Counted from the first letter of the stretch, positions 7,734-17,830 are shown. The stretch: DNA of 64,000 nucleotides from Armatimonadota bacterium (GCA_041690135.1 JAWLHY010000002.1:1-64000); one strand, 5' to 3'. Notes: generated by a model not told the origin, from the sequence alone. Program-made: numbers and translations.

Positions 7734-10700
7734 TCAATCGTCTTCTTCCGGGGACCGCAGGTTCAGAGCGCTTTCGAGCTTTTCCCGGCGGATGCGAGGG
7801 TCCAGGATGAACTCCGCCGTGCCGATCCCGTCGGGGTTGGCGCCGGACTGTTTCAGGGTGTCCAGGTACGCCTCCGCCTGCGTGGGGTCGGCGGCCGCGG
7901 TCGCCAGCAGGAGGTTCCGGCGAATCTCCGCCGCGGCCCAGCTCCGCTCGGGGGCTTTGATCGCCTCCATCCGGGGCCGGAGGATCCCGAGTAGGTTCCG
8001 GCCTGCTTCTGGATCCAGGTGCGCCATCAGTAGCGCCACCTTCGCGTGGCTGCGGTACTGTTCGAGCGGGTCGCCGTACTCCACGTGGAGCGCGGGCCGG
8101 CTGGCGAGGGACTTCGCCATCAGCCTGCGGGCTGCCGGCGCATCCAGTTCCTTTGCCACCCATGCGGCATGCGCCAGGTAGAGCGCTGGGGGATCGTAGG
8201 TGTCATCCTCTGTAGTAACCGCGGCCCAGGCGGTGAGCTCCTGTTCGGCGCGATCGAGGGTCGCCAGCGCCCGCTTCCGGTCGCGGATCCGCTCCGCCAT
8301 CCAGAGCAGCGCGCGGATCCGCTGCCGGCGGTCCTGCAGCTTCCCGATCAGCCGGTCGGCGCCGTCCGGGTCGTCAGCCGCCAGGCGAGCGCACATCTTC
8401 GAGATCGCCCGCTGCGATTGCCACTCGTCGCCGGCGGTGCTCAAGAGCTGCAGCGCTTTCTCCGGAGACCGGGTTACGTAGCGGACGGCGATGTTGGCCA
8501 CGTGTCGCTGGCGGCTTGCCTCGTCCGTAATGGGGGCGATCAGCGCCACCGCGGCGTCGAGGTCGATCTCGGCTAGGCGCTCCGCCACGGTGCCGCGGGT
8601 ATAGGCGTCGCCTTCCTGAACGCCCAGCCGGGCCGCCCGGGCCGCGCACTCCCGCAGCAGGATCTCCGCGCCCGGCATCTTTCGCCGTCGCATCCCCTCC
8701 GCGCATTCCGCCAGCAGGTAGAGTTGCTGCATCAATTCCGGTACCTGCCGGGCGGAAGCGACGGCGGCCGTAAGGATTGGGGGGGCCTGTTCGGGGGTGC
8801 TCTCGGCGGCGAGGCTCAGCAGGTTCCGGGTCCGCCAGAACGGGTGGTCCACCTGCCGGATGCAGGCGATCGCCTCCTCCACGCTGCGCTTCAGGGCGAC
8901 CCGGCCCAGGTCGTGGCTCAAGGAGTTCCTCTCCGGCTGCCCGGCCGCCATGGCGATCTCGGTCGCGCGGAGGATGTCCCGGGGAACCAGCAGGTCAATC
9001 ACTCGCTGGCGCTCCCGCCACCGCTCAGGTTGGGTCCCGGCCTCCGCCAGCGTGCGGTCGATCAGTTGCAGCGCCAGCCGCTCCCGAGCCGCCGTCAGTT
9101 CCACCGAGTCCGGCGCGGGAACCATCGGGCGCAGCACCAGCCGGACTTCCCGCGCTGGCGCGAGCGTATAGAGGAGGCCCAGGGGATGCCCCGCTTTCTC
9201 GGCGGCGACATAGCAGCCGCCGCTTTCCAGCCCTTCGAGCCGGAAGCGGCCCCGGGCATCGCTGGTCGTCTGGAGCGGGCGTTCGGCGTCGCCGGAGTTG
9301 AAGACCCGCGCGCCGGCGACGGGGCGGCCGCGGGCATCCACGACCGTCCCCACGACGATACCGAGCTGCCGGACCAGCCGGATCGATCCGAAGTCGTGCC
9401 GGCCACCATTCGTCGATTTCCACCGCTCCGACATCATGGTCCGGTGCCGGGGAGCCTGCACCTTCACGCTGTATTCGGCCTCGGGTGGGAGCGCTTCGGA
9501 GCGGAACCGGCCTTCCGCATCGGTCTTGAGGGTGGCGGGATAGTCCCCCCAGCGGCCGTACATCGCGGATACCCGGACGTTCGCACCGCGGACCGGTTTA
9601 CCGGCGTCGTCGACGACTCGTCCCTCCAGATAGGTGGCAATCTCCGGTTTCACCACCAGCGTTACCGGGCCGGAAAGGGTCTTCAGGTCTACCGGCACCG
9701 GGAGTGAATACCCGGACCCGGTCCGCGCGGAGAGCCGCAGCGAGGCATCCGGCGCCAGGCCCAGGAGCACTCCCTCGCCATGGGCATTCGTGGCCAGGGG
9801 CATGTCATCCCAGGGCGTGACTGAGGCCTCGTTCCGTACGAGCGCTCCCTTGAGCGGCTTTCCAGCCGCATCGACGACCCGCACGGTGACGGTGCGGCCC
9901 TTGCGGAGGCGGATCTCCTCCAGGTCGAGGCTCTCTCCCGGCACTCCTGTCCCGGAGCGCTGCAAACGCTCTTCGGACAGGAAGTAATTCGCCGGCTGGA
10001 GGGTGGAACGGAAGAGGGTGACCGCCACTCTTCCGGGCCGGGCATAGAAGCTGTATTTGCCCTCCGCGTCGGTGCTCTGTCCTGCGCCTGCCTCGGTGGA
10101 GACCCAGAGGTCCGGGATTCCCTTTCCGGTCTCCTCGTCCACGATCCGGCCGGTCACCCGAACGCCGCGGACCGCCTCCACCGGCAGCACCAGTCCCTCG
10201 AGCGTTTTGCCTTCGGGGACCATTACCGCCATGTGCGCGCTCGGCTGCCACTCGCTGGTGCCGGGAACGAACACGGAGAGGGTGAGCGCACCCGGCCGCA
10301 CGTGATCGATCTCGAAGATTCCGCCGGCCTTTACTCTGCCGGTGGCCCTCGCGTATTCCTGCTGCGCGACTACGTGCACTCCCTCCACCGGCATGGCGGG
10401 GTCGCTCAACCGGAGCCGCCCCCGGATCCGGGTCCGGCGGTGGAGGATGATCGGTTGGGGCGCGGGCGCGCGGGCGTCGAGGTAAGTGGAGCCACGGTTA
10501 TACCCCGTTCGCCGCACCTGGAGCGAGAGGTTTCCTTTCACCGGTGCCTGGGTCAGCAGGTACTCGCCTTTCGCATCGCTCCGGACGACCCAGAGCTTTC
10601 CCAAGGGAGCAGGGAGTACCGTGCCCAGCCAGTACAACGGTCCCGCGGTCTCGGACTGAAGGGTCACTCGCTCTGGGGTGATGATGGCGCCGGCAACCGG

Positions 10701-11159
10701 CTTGCCGGCGCTGTCCTTCACCGCTCCCCGCACCTTTCGGACCCGGTGGAGGTCGATCTCCACTGGCTCGTCACTCTCCGGGGGCACCGAGCCCAGGCCG
10801 ATGGCGGCGCCCTGGCGCCAGGCCAGTACGATCAGTAGTCCCTTCCGCGGACGTGGGGTGGTGCTGTTGAGGGTGAATCGGCCCGCCTTGTCCGTCACCG
10901 CCTGGCCGCAGAGGGTGTAGCGCGACTCGTCCAGGTTTTTGCCGCGAGCGTTCAAGATGAGGTAGACGGGACAGCCGGCGGCGGGCTTTCCGCCGGGAAC
11001 TCTCACGATGCCGGCGGCGCGGGCGGCGGGGCGTGCCGGCTCCGCCCCCTCCGTGGCGGCACGCGCCTCCTCCGCCCGGATCGGCGCGGTGATGGTCGCC
11101 GCCGGCAACACCGCCAGCAGCACCGCCGCGGTCCGGGTGAGGCAAGAGAGAGTAGGCAT
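7734..11159 (-). CDS. Large secreted protein with tandem carboxypeptidase-regulatory-like (prealbumin-fold) repeats and a C-terminal helical-repeat region
   Basis: Signal peptide; repeated GRVVDDAGKPVRGA...TDAEGRF motifs; Ala/Leu/Arg-rich helical C-terminus; SD GGAG before MPTLSC. Confidence 0.8.
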   Translation of the reverse strand: MPTLSCLTRTAAVLLAVLPAATITAPIRAEEARAATEGAEPARPAARAAGIVRVPGGKPAAGCPVYLILNARGKNLDESRYTLCGQAVTDKAGRFTLNSTTPRPRKGLLIVLAWRQGAAIGLGSVPPESDEPVEIDLHRVRKVRGAVKDSAGKPVAGAIITPERVTLQSETAGPLYWLGTVLPAPLGKLWVVRSDAKGEYLLTQAPVKGNLSLQVRRTGYNRGSTYLDARAPAPQPIILHRRTRIRGRLRLSDPAMPVEGVHVVAQQEYARATGRVKAGGIFEIDHVRPGALTLSVFVPGTSEWQPSAHMAVMVPEGKTLEGLVLPVEAVRGVRVTGRIVDEETGKGIPDLWVSTEAGAGQSTDAEGKYSFYARPGRVAVTLFRSTLQPANYFLSEERLQRSGTGVPGESLDLEEIRLRKGRTVTVRVVDAAGKPLKGALVRNEASVTPWDDMPLATNAHGEGVLLGLAPDASLRLSARTGSGYSLPVPVDLKTLSGPVTLVVKPEIATYLEGRVVDDAGKPVRGANVRVSAMYGRWGDYPATLKTDAEGRFRSEALPPEAEYSVKVQAPRHRTMMSERWKSTNGGRHDFGSIRLVRQLGIVVGTVVDARGRPVAGARVFNSGDAERPLQTTSDARGRFRLEGLESGGCYVAAEKAGHPLGLLYTLAPAREVRLVLRPMVPAPDSVELTAARERLALQLIDRTLAEAGTQPERWRERQRVIDLLVPRDILRATEIAMAAGQPERNSLSHDLGRVALKRSVEEAIACIRQVDHPFWRTRNLLSLAAESTPEQAPPILTAAVASARQVPELMQQLYLLAECAEGMRRRKMPGAEILLRECAARAARLGVQEGDAYTRGTVAERLAEIDLDAAVALIAPITDEASRQRHVANIAVRYVTRSPEKALQLLSTAGDEWQSQRAISKMCARLAADDPDGADRLIGKLQDRRQRIRALLWMAERIRDRKRALATLDRAEQELTAWAAVTTEDDTYDPPALYLAHAAWVAKELDAPAARRLMAKSLASRPALHVEYGDPLEQYRSHAKVALLMAHLDPEAGRNLLGILRPRMEAIKAPERSWAAAEIRRNLLLATAAADPTQAEAYLDTLKQSGANPDGIGTAEFILDPRIRREKLESALNLRSPEEDD

Positions 11160-11196
11160 GAGGGTATCTCCTCGGGAAGCGGTTGTTTCCGTAAAG

Positions 11197-11221
11197 GACG
11201 AAAGACAGTCCCAGCGGTTAC
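11197..11221 (-). promoter_or_regulatory. ECF-sigma-type promoter for the 11159/7721 operon
   Basis: GTAAC-N16-CGTC on the minus strand, about 40 nt before the start. Confidence 0.4.
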
Positions 11222-11265
11222 GCTTGCGTTGCGCCGAAATCGAGAGCGGCCAGAAACGCAACGAG

Positions 11266-11306
11266 GCGAGCGTGGAAAGTCGCGCTGCACGACTCTCCAC
11301 GCTCGC
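11266..11306 (-). terminator. Hairpin downstream of yebC
   Basis: GCGAGCGTGGAAAGTCG / CGACTCTCCACGCTCGC inverted repeat. Confidence 0.5.
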
Positions 11307-11359
11307 CCTGTTTATTTCTTGAATGGCCCAAAAGCCTGAACACCCGATTGCCTGGCTGC

Positions 11360-12106
11360 CTAGGCCATCCCCGCCAGTACGCTTTCCGGGATATCAAAAT
11401 TGGCGTAGACGTTCTGCACGTCGTCGTGGTCGTCCAGCTTCTCCATCAGGCGGAGCATCTGCTCGGCGGGCTTGCCTTCGAGCATCACGGTGGTGCTGGG
11501 GACCATGGTCACTTCGGAGTTGGCGATCTTGTGGCCGCCCGCTTCGATGGCGTCCCGCACGGCGCCAAAGTCTTCCGGGGCGGTGTAAACGTCGAAGGTC
11601 TCCTCTTCCGTCTTCACATCGTCCGCGCCGGCCTCGATAGCGATCTCCATCGCGCGGTCCTCCGTAAGACCGTCTTTGGCCAGGGAGACGACGCCCCGAG
11701 GGTTGAACAGCCAGGCCACACAGCCGGATTCACCCAGGTTCCCGCCGGACTTGGAGAAGATGTTCCGGAGCTCCGCCACCGTGCGGTTGCGGTTGTCCGT
11801 GGCGCACTCGACGAGCACCGCCACGCCGTTCGGGCCGTAGCCTTCGTAGGTGAGCTCTTCGTAGACGGCGCCTTCGACTTCACCCGTGCCGCGCTGGATG
11901 GCGGACTTGATCTTGTCCGCCGGCATGCTGTTCTCACGGGCCTTCTGGACCGCCATCTTCAGCCGGAGGTTCGCATCGGGGTTTCCGCCGCCGGCCCGGG
12001 CCGCCATGATGATTTCGCGCGAGAGCTTGGTGAAGATCTTCCCGCGCTCCGCGTCCATCTTGCCCTTCTTCAGGCGGATGTTATGCCACTTGGAATGCCC
12101 CGACAT
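11360..12106 (-). CDS. yebC: YebC/PmpR family protein
   Basis: MSGHSKW, YEGYGP, TDNRNRT, DDVQNVYAN motifs. Confidence 0.97.
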   Translation of the reverse strand: MSGHSKWHNIRLKKGKMDAERGKIFTKLSREIIMAARAGGGNPDANLRLKMAVQKARENSMPADKIKSAIQRGTGEVEGAVYEELTYEGYGPNGVAVLVECATDNRNRTVAELRNIFSKSGGNLGESGCVAWLFNPRGVVSLAKDGLTEDRAMEIAIEAGADDVKTEEETFDVYTAPEDFGAVRDAIEAGGHKIANSEVTMVPSTTVMLEGKPAEQMLRLMEKLDDHDDVQNVYANFDIPESVLAGMA

Positions 12107-12224
12107 TAGCGTGTTTCTCCGTGCCCCCGGCCGGCTGATGGTTACGGCTGTCAGTGTGTGCCGGGTGGGTAAAAAGCCGTCCGATTATAGCAACGGCGGC
12201 AAAGAGCGTCAATTTTACCCGGCC

Positions 12225-13187
12225 CTACACGGGGTTAACCACGTTCTGCGGCCTGCCCTCCTTCCAGGCGAGAATGTTGTCGACCGGTTCGGAGAGCATC
12301 CGCTCCCGCGCCTCGCGAGTCATCCAGCCGGCGTGCGGGATCAGCAGGGTGCGAGGGGCGCGGCGCAGGAGATGGTCCGGCGGGAGGGGTTCTTCGCTGT
12401 AGCAGTCCAGCGCGGCGCCGCCGAGGTGTCCGGCTTCCAGCGCCTGTGCCAGCGCGACCTCATCGACCAGCGCTCCGCGCGCCGTGTTGATCAGCAGCGC
12501 CTCGGGCTTGAGGCGGGAGAGCTTTTCCGCATCCAGCAGGCCGCGGCTGCGGTCCGACAGGCGGAGGTGCAGGCTAAGGACGTCGGACCGCGCCAGGAGG
12601 TCGTCCAGCTCCACCAGGGTCACTCCGGCCTCGCGGGCGCGCTCGGGATCCGGGGTGTAGCTCCAGGCGATCACGTTCATGTCGAAGCCGCGCGCCATCC
12701 GGGCGACCCGCCGGGCGATCCTGCCCAGGCCGAGGAGCCCCAGCGTCTTGCCCCGCAGCTCCATCCCATAGTGGTGCCACCACTCTCCCGCGCGCATCCG
12801 GTCTTCCATTTCACGCAGGCCGCGGGCCAGGGCCAGGAGCAGCGCCCAGGTGTGCTCGGCCACGGAGTCGCTGTTGGCCTCCGGTGTATTGCACACCCGG
12901 ATCCCGCGGTCGGCGGCTGCCCGCAGGTCCACGTTGTCGGTCCCCGTGCCCGAGATGGAGATGATCTTCAACACCGGGCACTGCGCGAGCACTTCGGCGG
13001 TGAAGCGCGTGAAGGAGCGCATGTTCACCACGGCCTGCGCGCCCTGGAGGCGCCGGAGCAGCTCCGCCTCGTCCGCCGCGCGAGTGGTGTACGCCTCCAC
13101 GGCTCCGATCGCCCGCAGGCGGTCCATTTGGCCCGACTCGGTGAACACGGCCGGGAAATCATCGGGAATCACGGTGAGCATCGGCAT
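12225..13187 (-). CDS. D-isomer-specific 2-hydroxyacid dehydrogenase
   Basis: GLLGLGRIA Rossmann motif, INTARG, PHAGW. Confidence 0.92.
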   Translation of the reverse strand: MPMLTVIPDDFPAVFTESGQMDRLRAIGAVEAYTTRAADEAELLRRLQGAQAVVNMRSFTRFTAEVLAQCPVLKIISISGTGTDNVDLRAAADRGIRVCNTPEANSDSVAEHTWALLLALARGLREMEDRMRAGEWWHHYGMELRGKTLGLLGLGRIARRVARMARGFDMNVIAWSYTPDPERAREAGVTLVELDDLLARSDVLSLHLRLSDRSRGLLDAEKLSRLKPEALLINTARGALVDEVALAQALEAGHLGGAALDCYSEEPLPPDHLLRRAPRTLLIPHAGWMTREARERMLSEPVDNILAWKEGRPQNVVNPV

Positions 13188-13214
13188 TTCGAGGTCCGAA
13201 CAGGGAAGTGAACT

Positions 13215-13406
13215 AACCACGAAGATTTACGCCCCACAGGGGTGCACGAAGGACACGAAGGATTAGAAGGGACTGAGTGGTACCGGTGCGGAGTGAATGT
13301 AGCGGGAGTCGGCGATCCGCGAGGAGAGATACTCCCCTCCCCCAAAGCACCCTCAGCCTCTCTTCCCTATCTTCTCTCCCTTCGTGCTCTTTGTGCCTTC
13401 GTGGTT
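13215..13406. repeat. Inverted pair of short-period (CACGAAG) repeat arms
   Basis: Left AACCACGAAG[19-nt insert]GCACGAAGGACACGAAG; right arm reverse complement AACCACGAAGGCACAAAGAGCACGAAG. Confidence 0.7.
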
Positions 13407-13486
13407 AATTCCCTCCGCGCACGTCTGCCGACCGTCTATAATGTTGAGCGTGCGGTGATCGTCCGCCGCCGGAGCGAGGGAAGGGC

Positions 13487-14173
13487 ATGTCGGGAAGAGC
13501 TTGGCTGATACCGGGACTGCTGGCCGCCGCCGTGGCGGGGATGATGCCGGCGCGCGGGCAGGTGAAGATCGGCAAGGTGGATTCAACCCCCGCCGCCGTG
13601 GAAGTGGTCCAGCCCAAGGGAGAGTTTGCCCGCAAGCTGCATGGCCTGCAGGTCCCTGCGGCCGGCAAGGGCTGGAAAACGGTGACGGACCGGACCAAAC
13701 AGGTCCAGTTCCTGGTGCCGGAGAAGTGGAAAGTGGACGCGGCTCCGGAAAACGGCCTGAACGTGATGGCCCTGCCGCCGGGCAGCGAGAAGGAAGTGAA
13801 GGCCGCCTTCATCGCCTATGTGCGCGCCCCCGCGGACGGAGAGCCGCTGGGGGTGGATGAAACGCTGGCGGAGAACTACGTCTATGCGGAGGCGGAGCGG
13901 CCCGAGTTGAAGAAATACGACTTCAAGGCCACCGACTCCGGGATGGTCGTCCTGCGGGACCAGCGCTACGCCCTGGCCGGCGGAACCATGAAGGACCGTC
14001 CCGTCAAGAAGGGCGCGGTGACCATCCGCAAGATCGAGCTACTCTTCTTCGCGGAAGACCGGGTCACCAGCTTCCAGTTCCAGGCCCCCGCCAGCGACTT
14101 CTCCCGGTACGAAGAAGACGTGGCTCGTATCTTCGCCAGTTGCCAGAACATCAATTTCAAACCCCTCGAGTAA
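13487..14173 (+). CDS. Secreted hypothetical protein (possibly PsbP/Mog1-like fold)
   Basis: Signal peptide; FLVPEKW motif; C-terminal FSRYEEDVARIFAS helix. Confidence 0.6.
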   Translation: MSGRAWLIPGLLAAAVAGMMPARGQVKIGKVDSTPAAVEVVQPKGEFARKLHGLQVPAAGKGWKTVTDRTKQVQFLVPEKWKVDAAPENGLNVMALPPGSEKEVKAAFIAYVRAPADGEPLGVDETLAENYVYAEAERPELKKYDFKATDSGMVVLRDQRYALAGGTMKDRPVKKGAVTIRKIELLFFAEDRVTSFQFQAPASDFSRYEEDVARIFASCQNINFKPLE

Positions 14174-14177
14174 CACC

Positions 14178-14390
14178 ATGCCTTACGTCAACCTCAAGAT
14201 GTACCCCGGCCGCACGGAAGAACAGAAGCGCGAAGTCGCCCGCCGCATCCTGGAAGCGGTGATGGAAGTCTGCAACGTGTCCGACCCGCAGATCTGCCCC
14301 GTGGTGATCGAAGAAGTCGCCCGGGAAGACTGGGACGCCACGGTGGGGCCGGAGATCGAGGCGAAGGCGGAGCTGCGCTACGCCCCGTGA
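14178..14390 (+). CDS. 4-oxalocrotonate tautomerase family protein
   Basis: N-terminal Pro after Met; MPYVNLKMYPGRTEEQK. Confidence 0.9.
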   Translation: MPYVNLKMYPGRTEEQKREVARRILEAVMEVCNVSDPQICPVVIEEVAREDWDATVGPEIEAKAELRYAP

Positions 14391-15598
14391 CGACCGAAGC
14401 CGCCGTTCCGGCGGCGGAAGCCGCTGAAAAGGAGCTTCGCCGCGACTGGGTCCTCCTGGCCGCGGCGACCGTTGCTTTCGGCCTGGGTTTCGGCATCAAT
14501 GCGGGGACGGCGCCCAGCTTTGCGGCGCACCACCTGGGCATCGAGCGGGAGCAATTAGGCCTCCTGGAGGGGCTCCGCGAGGTTCCGGGCCTGCTCACCG
14601 CCGGCATCGTGGGGCTGCTGGCCTCTTTCGCCGAGCCGCGACTGGCGCTCCTGTCGCTCCTCCTGATGGGGTTGGGGTTCGGCGCGACCGGCCAGGTGGA
14701 GAGCTACTGGCCTCTCGTCGCCTGCAACATCCTCTGGAGTATCGGGTTGCACGTGTGGCTCACCGTGCAGCCCTCCCTCACGCTCACCCTGTCCCAGGCC
14801 GGACAACACGGCTTCGGGCTCGGCCTGATGAACCGCTACATGGCGCTCGCTGTGATGGCGGGGCTTCTCTGTGTCCGTCTGCTGGCCGCGCCGCTGGGGT
14901 ACGGGGGAACCTTCCTGCTGGCGGGGTTGGCCACGGCGGCCGGCACCTATTTCGTCGCCCGGATCCCGGCCGCGCGCGGGGGTGGGCTCAAGCTGCGCCT
15001 GGTGTTTCGCCCGCGGTACTGGCGCTACTACGGGCTGATGCTGCTGGACGGCGGGCGCCGCCAGGTGGTGCAAACCTTCGCGGTCCTCATCCTGATCAAG
15101 GAGTTCGCCGTTCCGATCCAAACGGTCGCCGTGCTGCTGCTGGTGAACAACGCCCTGACCATGGCGGCCGCGCCCACGGTGGGCCGCTGGACCGACCGCT
15201 ACGGCGAGCGGCGGGTGCTCACCCTCTACTATGCCCTGGTCGCCGGAGTCTTCTTCCTGTACACCCGGATCAATGTCGCGGCGGCGGCGACGGGCCTGAG
15301 GCCGGAGTGGCTGTTCTACGGGATCTTTGCCCTGGACAACCTGCTGTTCACCGGTTCCGTGGGCATCCAGACGTACATCCGGCACACCGCCCCGCGCGAG
15401 GATCTGTCGCCCAGCCTGGCGATGGGGCTGACCTGGAACCATATCGCCGCCGTGAGCGTGCCGTTGGTCGCTGGTTACATCTGGCAACACTACGGCTACC
15501 AGCGCATCTTCCTCTGTGGCATCGGGCTGGCGCTAGCTTCCCTGGCGATGTGCCTCACCCTGCCGCGTCCCGATGCGGCGCGCGCGGGCAAAGCGTGA
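14387..15598 (+). CDS. MFS transporter
   Basis: About 12 TM segments; LREVPG and GRWTDRYGERR loop motifs; GTGA overlap with the tautomerase gene. Confidence 0.9.
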   Translation: MTTEAAVPAAEAAEKELRRDWVLLAAATVAFGLGFGINAGTAPSFAAHHLGIEREQLGLLEGLREVPGLLTAGIVGLLASFAEPRLALLSLLLMGLGFGATGQVESYWPLVACNILWSIGLHVWLTVQPSLTLTLSQAGQHGFGLGLMNRYMALAVMAGLLCVRLLAAPLGYGGTFLLAGLATAAGTYFVARIPAARGGGLKLRLVFRPRYWRYYGLMLLDGGRRQVVQTFAVLILIKEFAVPIQTVAVLLLVNNALTMAAAPTVGRWTDRYGERRVLTLYYALVAGVFFLYTRINVAAAATGLRPEWLFYGIFALDNLLFTGSVGIQTYIRHTAPREDLSPSLAMGLTWNHIAAVSVPLVAGYIWQHYGYQRIFLCGIGLALASLAMCLTLPRPDAARAGKA

Positions 15599-15767
15599 GG
15601 TACAGCACGTCCGCCTTGTGATTGGGGAGGGGAGCGGCCGATAAAGGGAGTAGAGGCGGAGCACCGTCGCCACCGCAAAATGGTGACTGCATCCCAAACT
15701 CCCCGCCCGGTTATTGCTGCGAACTTGCCTGATAGGTAAACGCTTCCTCGGCATCTAACAAATAGTC

Positions 15768-17609
15768 ATGCACCCCCGCACCCTCATCCGCATCGCCGCG
15801 TCGGCACTGCTGGTCGCTGGCGTTCACGTCCAGGCGCAGGCCGAGAAGAGCCCCAGGCCGGACCGGGCCGAGAAGACCTCCAAAGTCGCGCCCGAGAAGC
15901 CCGAGAAGGGCGACCGGGCCGAGAAGCCGGAGAAGACCCGTCCGGCCAAACTGGAGATCTCCCCCGCAAAAACCACGCTCCGCCTCGGCGAGGGACACCA
16001 GTTCCGCGCGCAGCTCAAGGGGCGCGAAGGGCGGGTCGAGTGGTTCGTTGAAGGGCCCAGCGGCTCCAACATCACGCCCACCGGCTTCTTCCAGGCCCCC
16101 ACCGAAGCGGTAACTCCCGCCACGATCCGCCTGACGGCCACCGTGGAAGGCGCCCCGCCCCTCAAAGCCGAAGCCCTCGTGTTCCTCGAGGCGGTCTCCG
16201 TCGCGGTGAAGCCGAACACGGTGCAGTTGCCCACGGCGCACACCTACCAGTTCAAAGCCGAGGTCAAAGGGACCGCCGACCAGCGCGTCCGCTGGGTGGT
16301 GGATGGCGGGCTGGACGCGGGCCGGATCTCCGAATCGGGCCTTTACACCTCTCCCACGCGCTTCCTGACTCCCGGCACGGTTACGGTGCGGGCGGTCTCG
16401 ATGGCCGATCCTTCCAAGTCCGCCACCACCACGGTGCGGATCGGCGCGGTGGCGATCAAGCTGAAGCCGACCCAGGCCACCCTGCGCCACGGGGGCTCGC
16501 AGCGGTTCGACGCGAAGGTCCTCGGCAGCCCCAATACCGCCGTCCTCTGGAAGGTGTTGGGGGAGAACATGGGCGAGGTTTCCCCTTCCGGTGTCTACAC
16601 CACCCCGCCGTCGATGACCACGCCCACGGTGGTGACCGTGGTGGCGAGCTGCGCCGCTGACCCGACTAAGACGGCGTCCGCGCGCATCCGGATCCTGCCG
16701 GTGACGATCTCCAGCGGCGGAAAGAAGAAGAAGGGTAACAAGCGGGCCAGTTTCGTGAACCTGGCCGGGCGGGCCGTGCGGAGCGCCGTCCGCCGGGTCA
16801 CGCGTCTTTACATTCCCTTTAACCCGCTGGACGTGATCGTGCAGGGGCCGTTGTTCCGGGGCAAATCCGGCAAGCAATACGTGCCGCTGGGGGGTGGAGT
16901 GCCGCTGGCCGCCATGGTGGCTAACTCCTCCAACGATCGCGTCAACTGGGAGATCGAGGGCCAGCAGATCGGGGAAGTCAGTCCGGACGGGTACTATCAG
17001 GCACCGGAGACGCTTACCACCCCGCAGGTAGTGCAGATCCGGGCGACGAGCCAGGCGGACCCGAGCAAGTCGGTGCTCTACACCCTGCATATCCCGCCGA
17101 TCGTCGTGCGCACCCAGGAGGAGACGCAGAACTGCCTGTTGGACGGCGCCCTGCAGCTCAAGGCGCGCGTGGAGAACTCCGAAAACGACCGCCTGCTCTG
17201 GAGCGTGGAGGGCGGCGAGAAGTTCGGAACCGTCTCCGAAACGGGTCTCTATCATCCGCCCGCGGTGCTCTCCACGCCTTCCGTGGTGCGGATCCGCGCG
17301 GCGGCGGCAGCGGACCCCTCGAAGTACGCCACCATCCAGATCGAGATTCCGGAAGTGCGCCTGGAGGTTTCTCCCGAAGAGACCGGCGTGCGACCGGGTG
17401 AAGTCGTGCGGCTGAAGGCCAAGGTGAAAGGCTGCCTGGGGAATGGAGAGGTGACCTGGGCGGTGACCCCCGCCATTGGAACCATCACCCCGGACGGTGT
17501 CTATCGTGCGCCCGAAGACGGGGGCCAGCAGGTGGTGCAGGTCTCCGCTACGCTCAAGGCGGACCCCACCAAAGTGGCGATCTGCACCCTCAAGATCCGG
17601 GGGAACTGA
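15768..17609 (+). CDS. Secreted protein with about six tandem bacterial Ig-like domains
   Basis: Repeating V.W.V...G.IS..GLY.AP...V.VRA.S.ADPSKS motif; signal peptide. Confidence 0.85.
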   Translation: MHPRTLIRIAASALLVAGVHVQAQAEKSPRPDRAEKTSKVAPEKPEKGDRAEKPEKTRPAKLEISPAKTTLRLGEGHQFRAQLKGREGRVEWFVEGPSGSNITPTGFFQAPTEAVTPATIRLTATVEGAPPLKAEALVFLEAVSVAVKPNTVQLPTAHTYQFKAEVKGTADQRVRWVVDGGLDAGRISESGLYTSPTRFLTPGTVTVRAVSMADPSKSATTTVRIGAVAIKLKPTQATLRHGGSQRFDAKVLGSPNTAVLWKVLGENMGEVSPSGVYTTPPSMTTPTVVTVVASCAADPTKTASARIRILPVTISSGGKKKKGNKRASFVNLAGRAVRSAVRRVTRLYIPFNPLDVIVQGPLFRGKSGKQYVPLGGGVPLAAMVANSSNDRVNWEIEGQQIGEVSPDGYYQAPETLTTPQVVQIRATSQADPSKSVLYTLHIPPIVVRTQEETQNCLLDGALQLKARVENSENDRLLWSVEGGEKFGTVSETGLYHPPAVLSTPSVVRIRAAAAADPSKYATIQIEIPEVRLEVSPEETGVRPGEVVRLKAKVKGCLGNGEVTWAVTPAIGTITPDGVYRAPEDGGQQVVQVSATLKADPTKVAICTLKIRGN

Positions 17610-17807
17610 ACCAGGCAAGAAAAATCCCCGGGACATCCCTCCGCGAACGGCCCGGGGAGGCAGGGAAGAGTAGTGCTGCCTGACTAGAGTATCGGCTACT
17701 TTCACCGGACCCGGGTGTGAAATGTATCACACCCGGTTTTTGTTGGTGGAGAGGGGAGGGGAGGGGAGGGGAGGGTGGAGGGTAGTCTTCACTTTTACGG
17801 ATGCCGT

Positions 17808-17830
17808 GGCGGGCGAGACGCCCGCCCCAC
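17808..17830 (-). repeat. GTGG-type REP-like palindrome
   Basis: Minus strand GTGG-GGCGGGCG-TCT-CGCCCGCC. Confidence 0.45.

Noticed and set aside
7734-7736. Sec read-through at other TGA stops (for example 7734, 14390, 41632)
   Set aside because: These stops follow complete-looking C-termini and abut the next gene or a terminator; I saw no domain-completing continuation.
15711-17705. Long antisense ORFs (also 33969-35666, 36528-38240, 46683-48665, 49340-50998, 56419-58020)
   Set aside because: They are shadow ORFs opposite well-supported genes, as expected in high-GC DNA.
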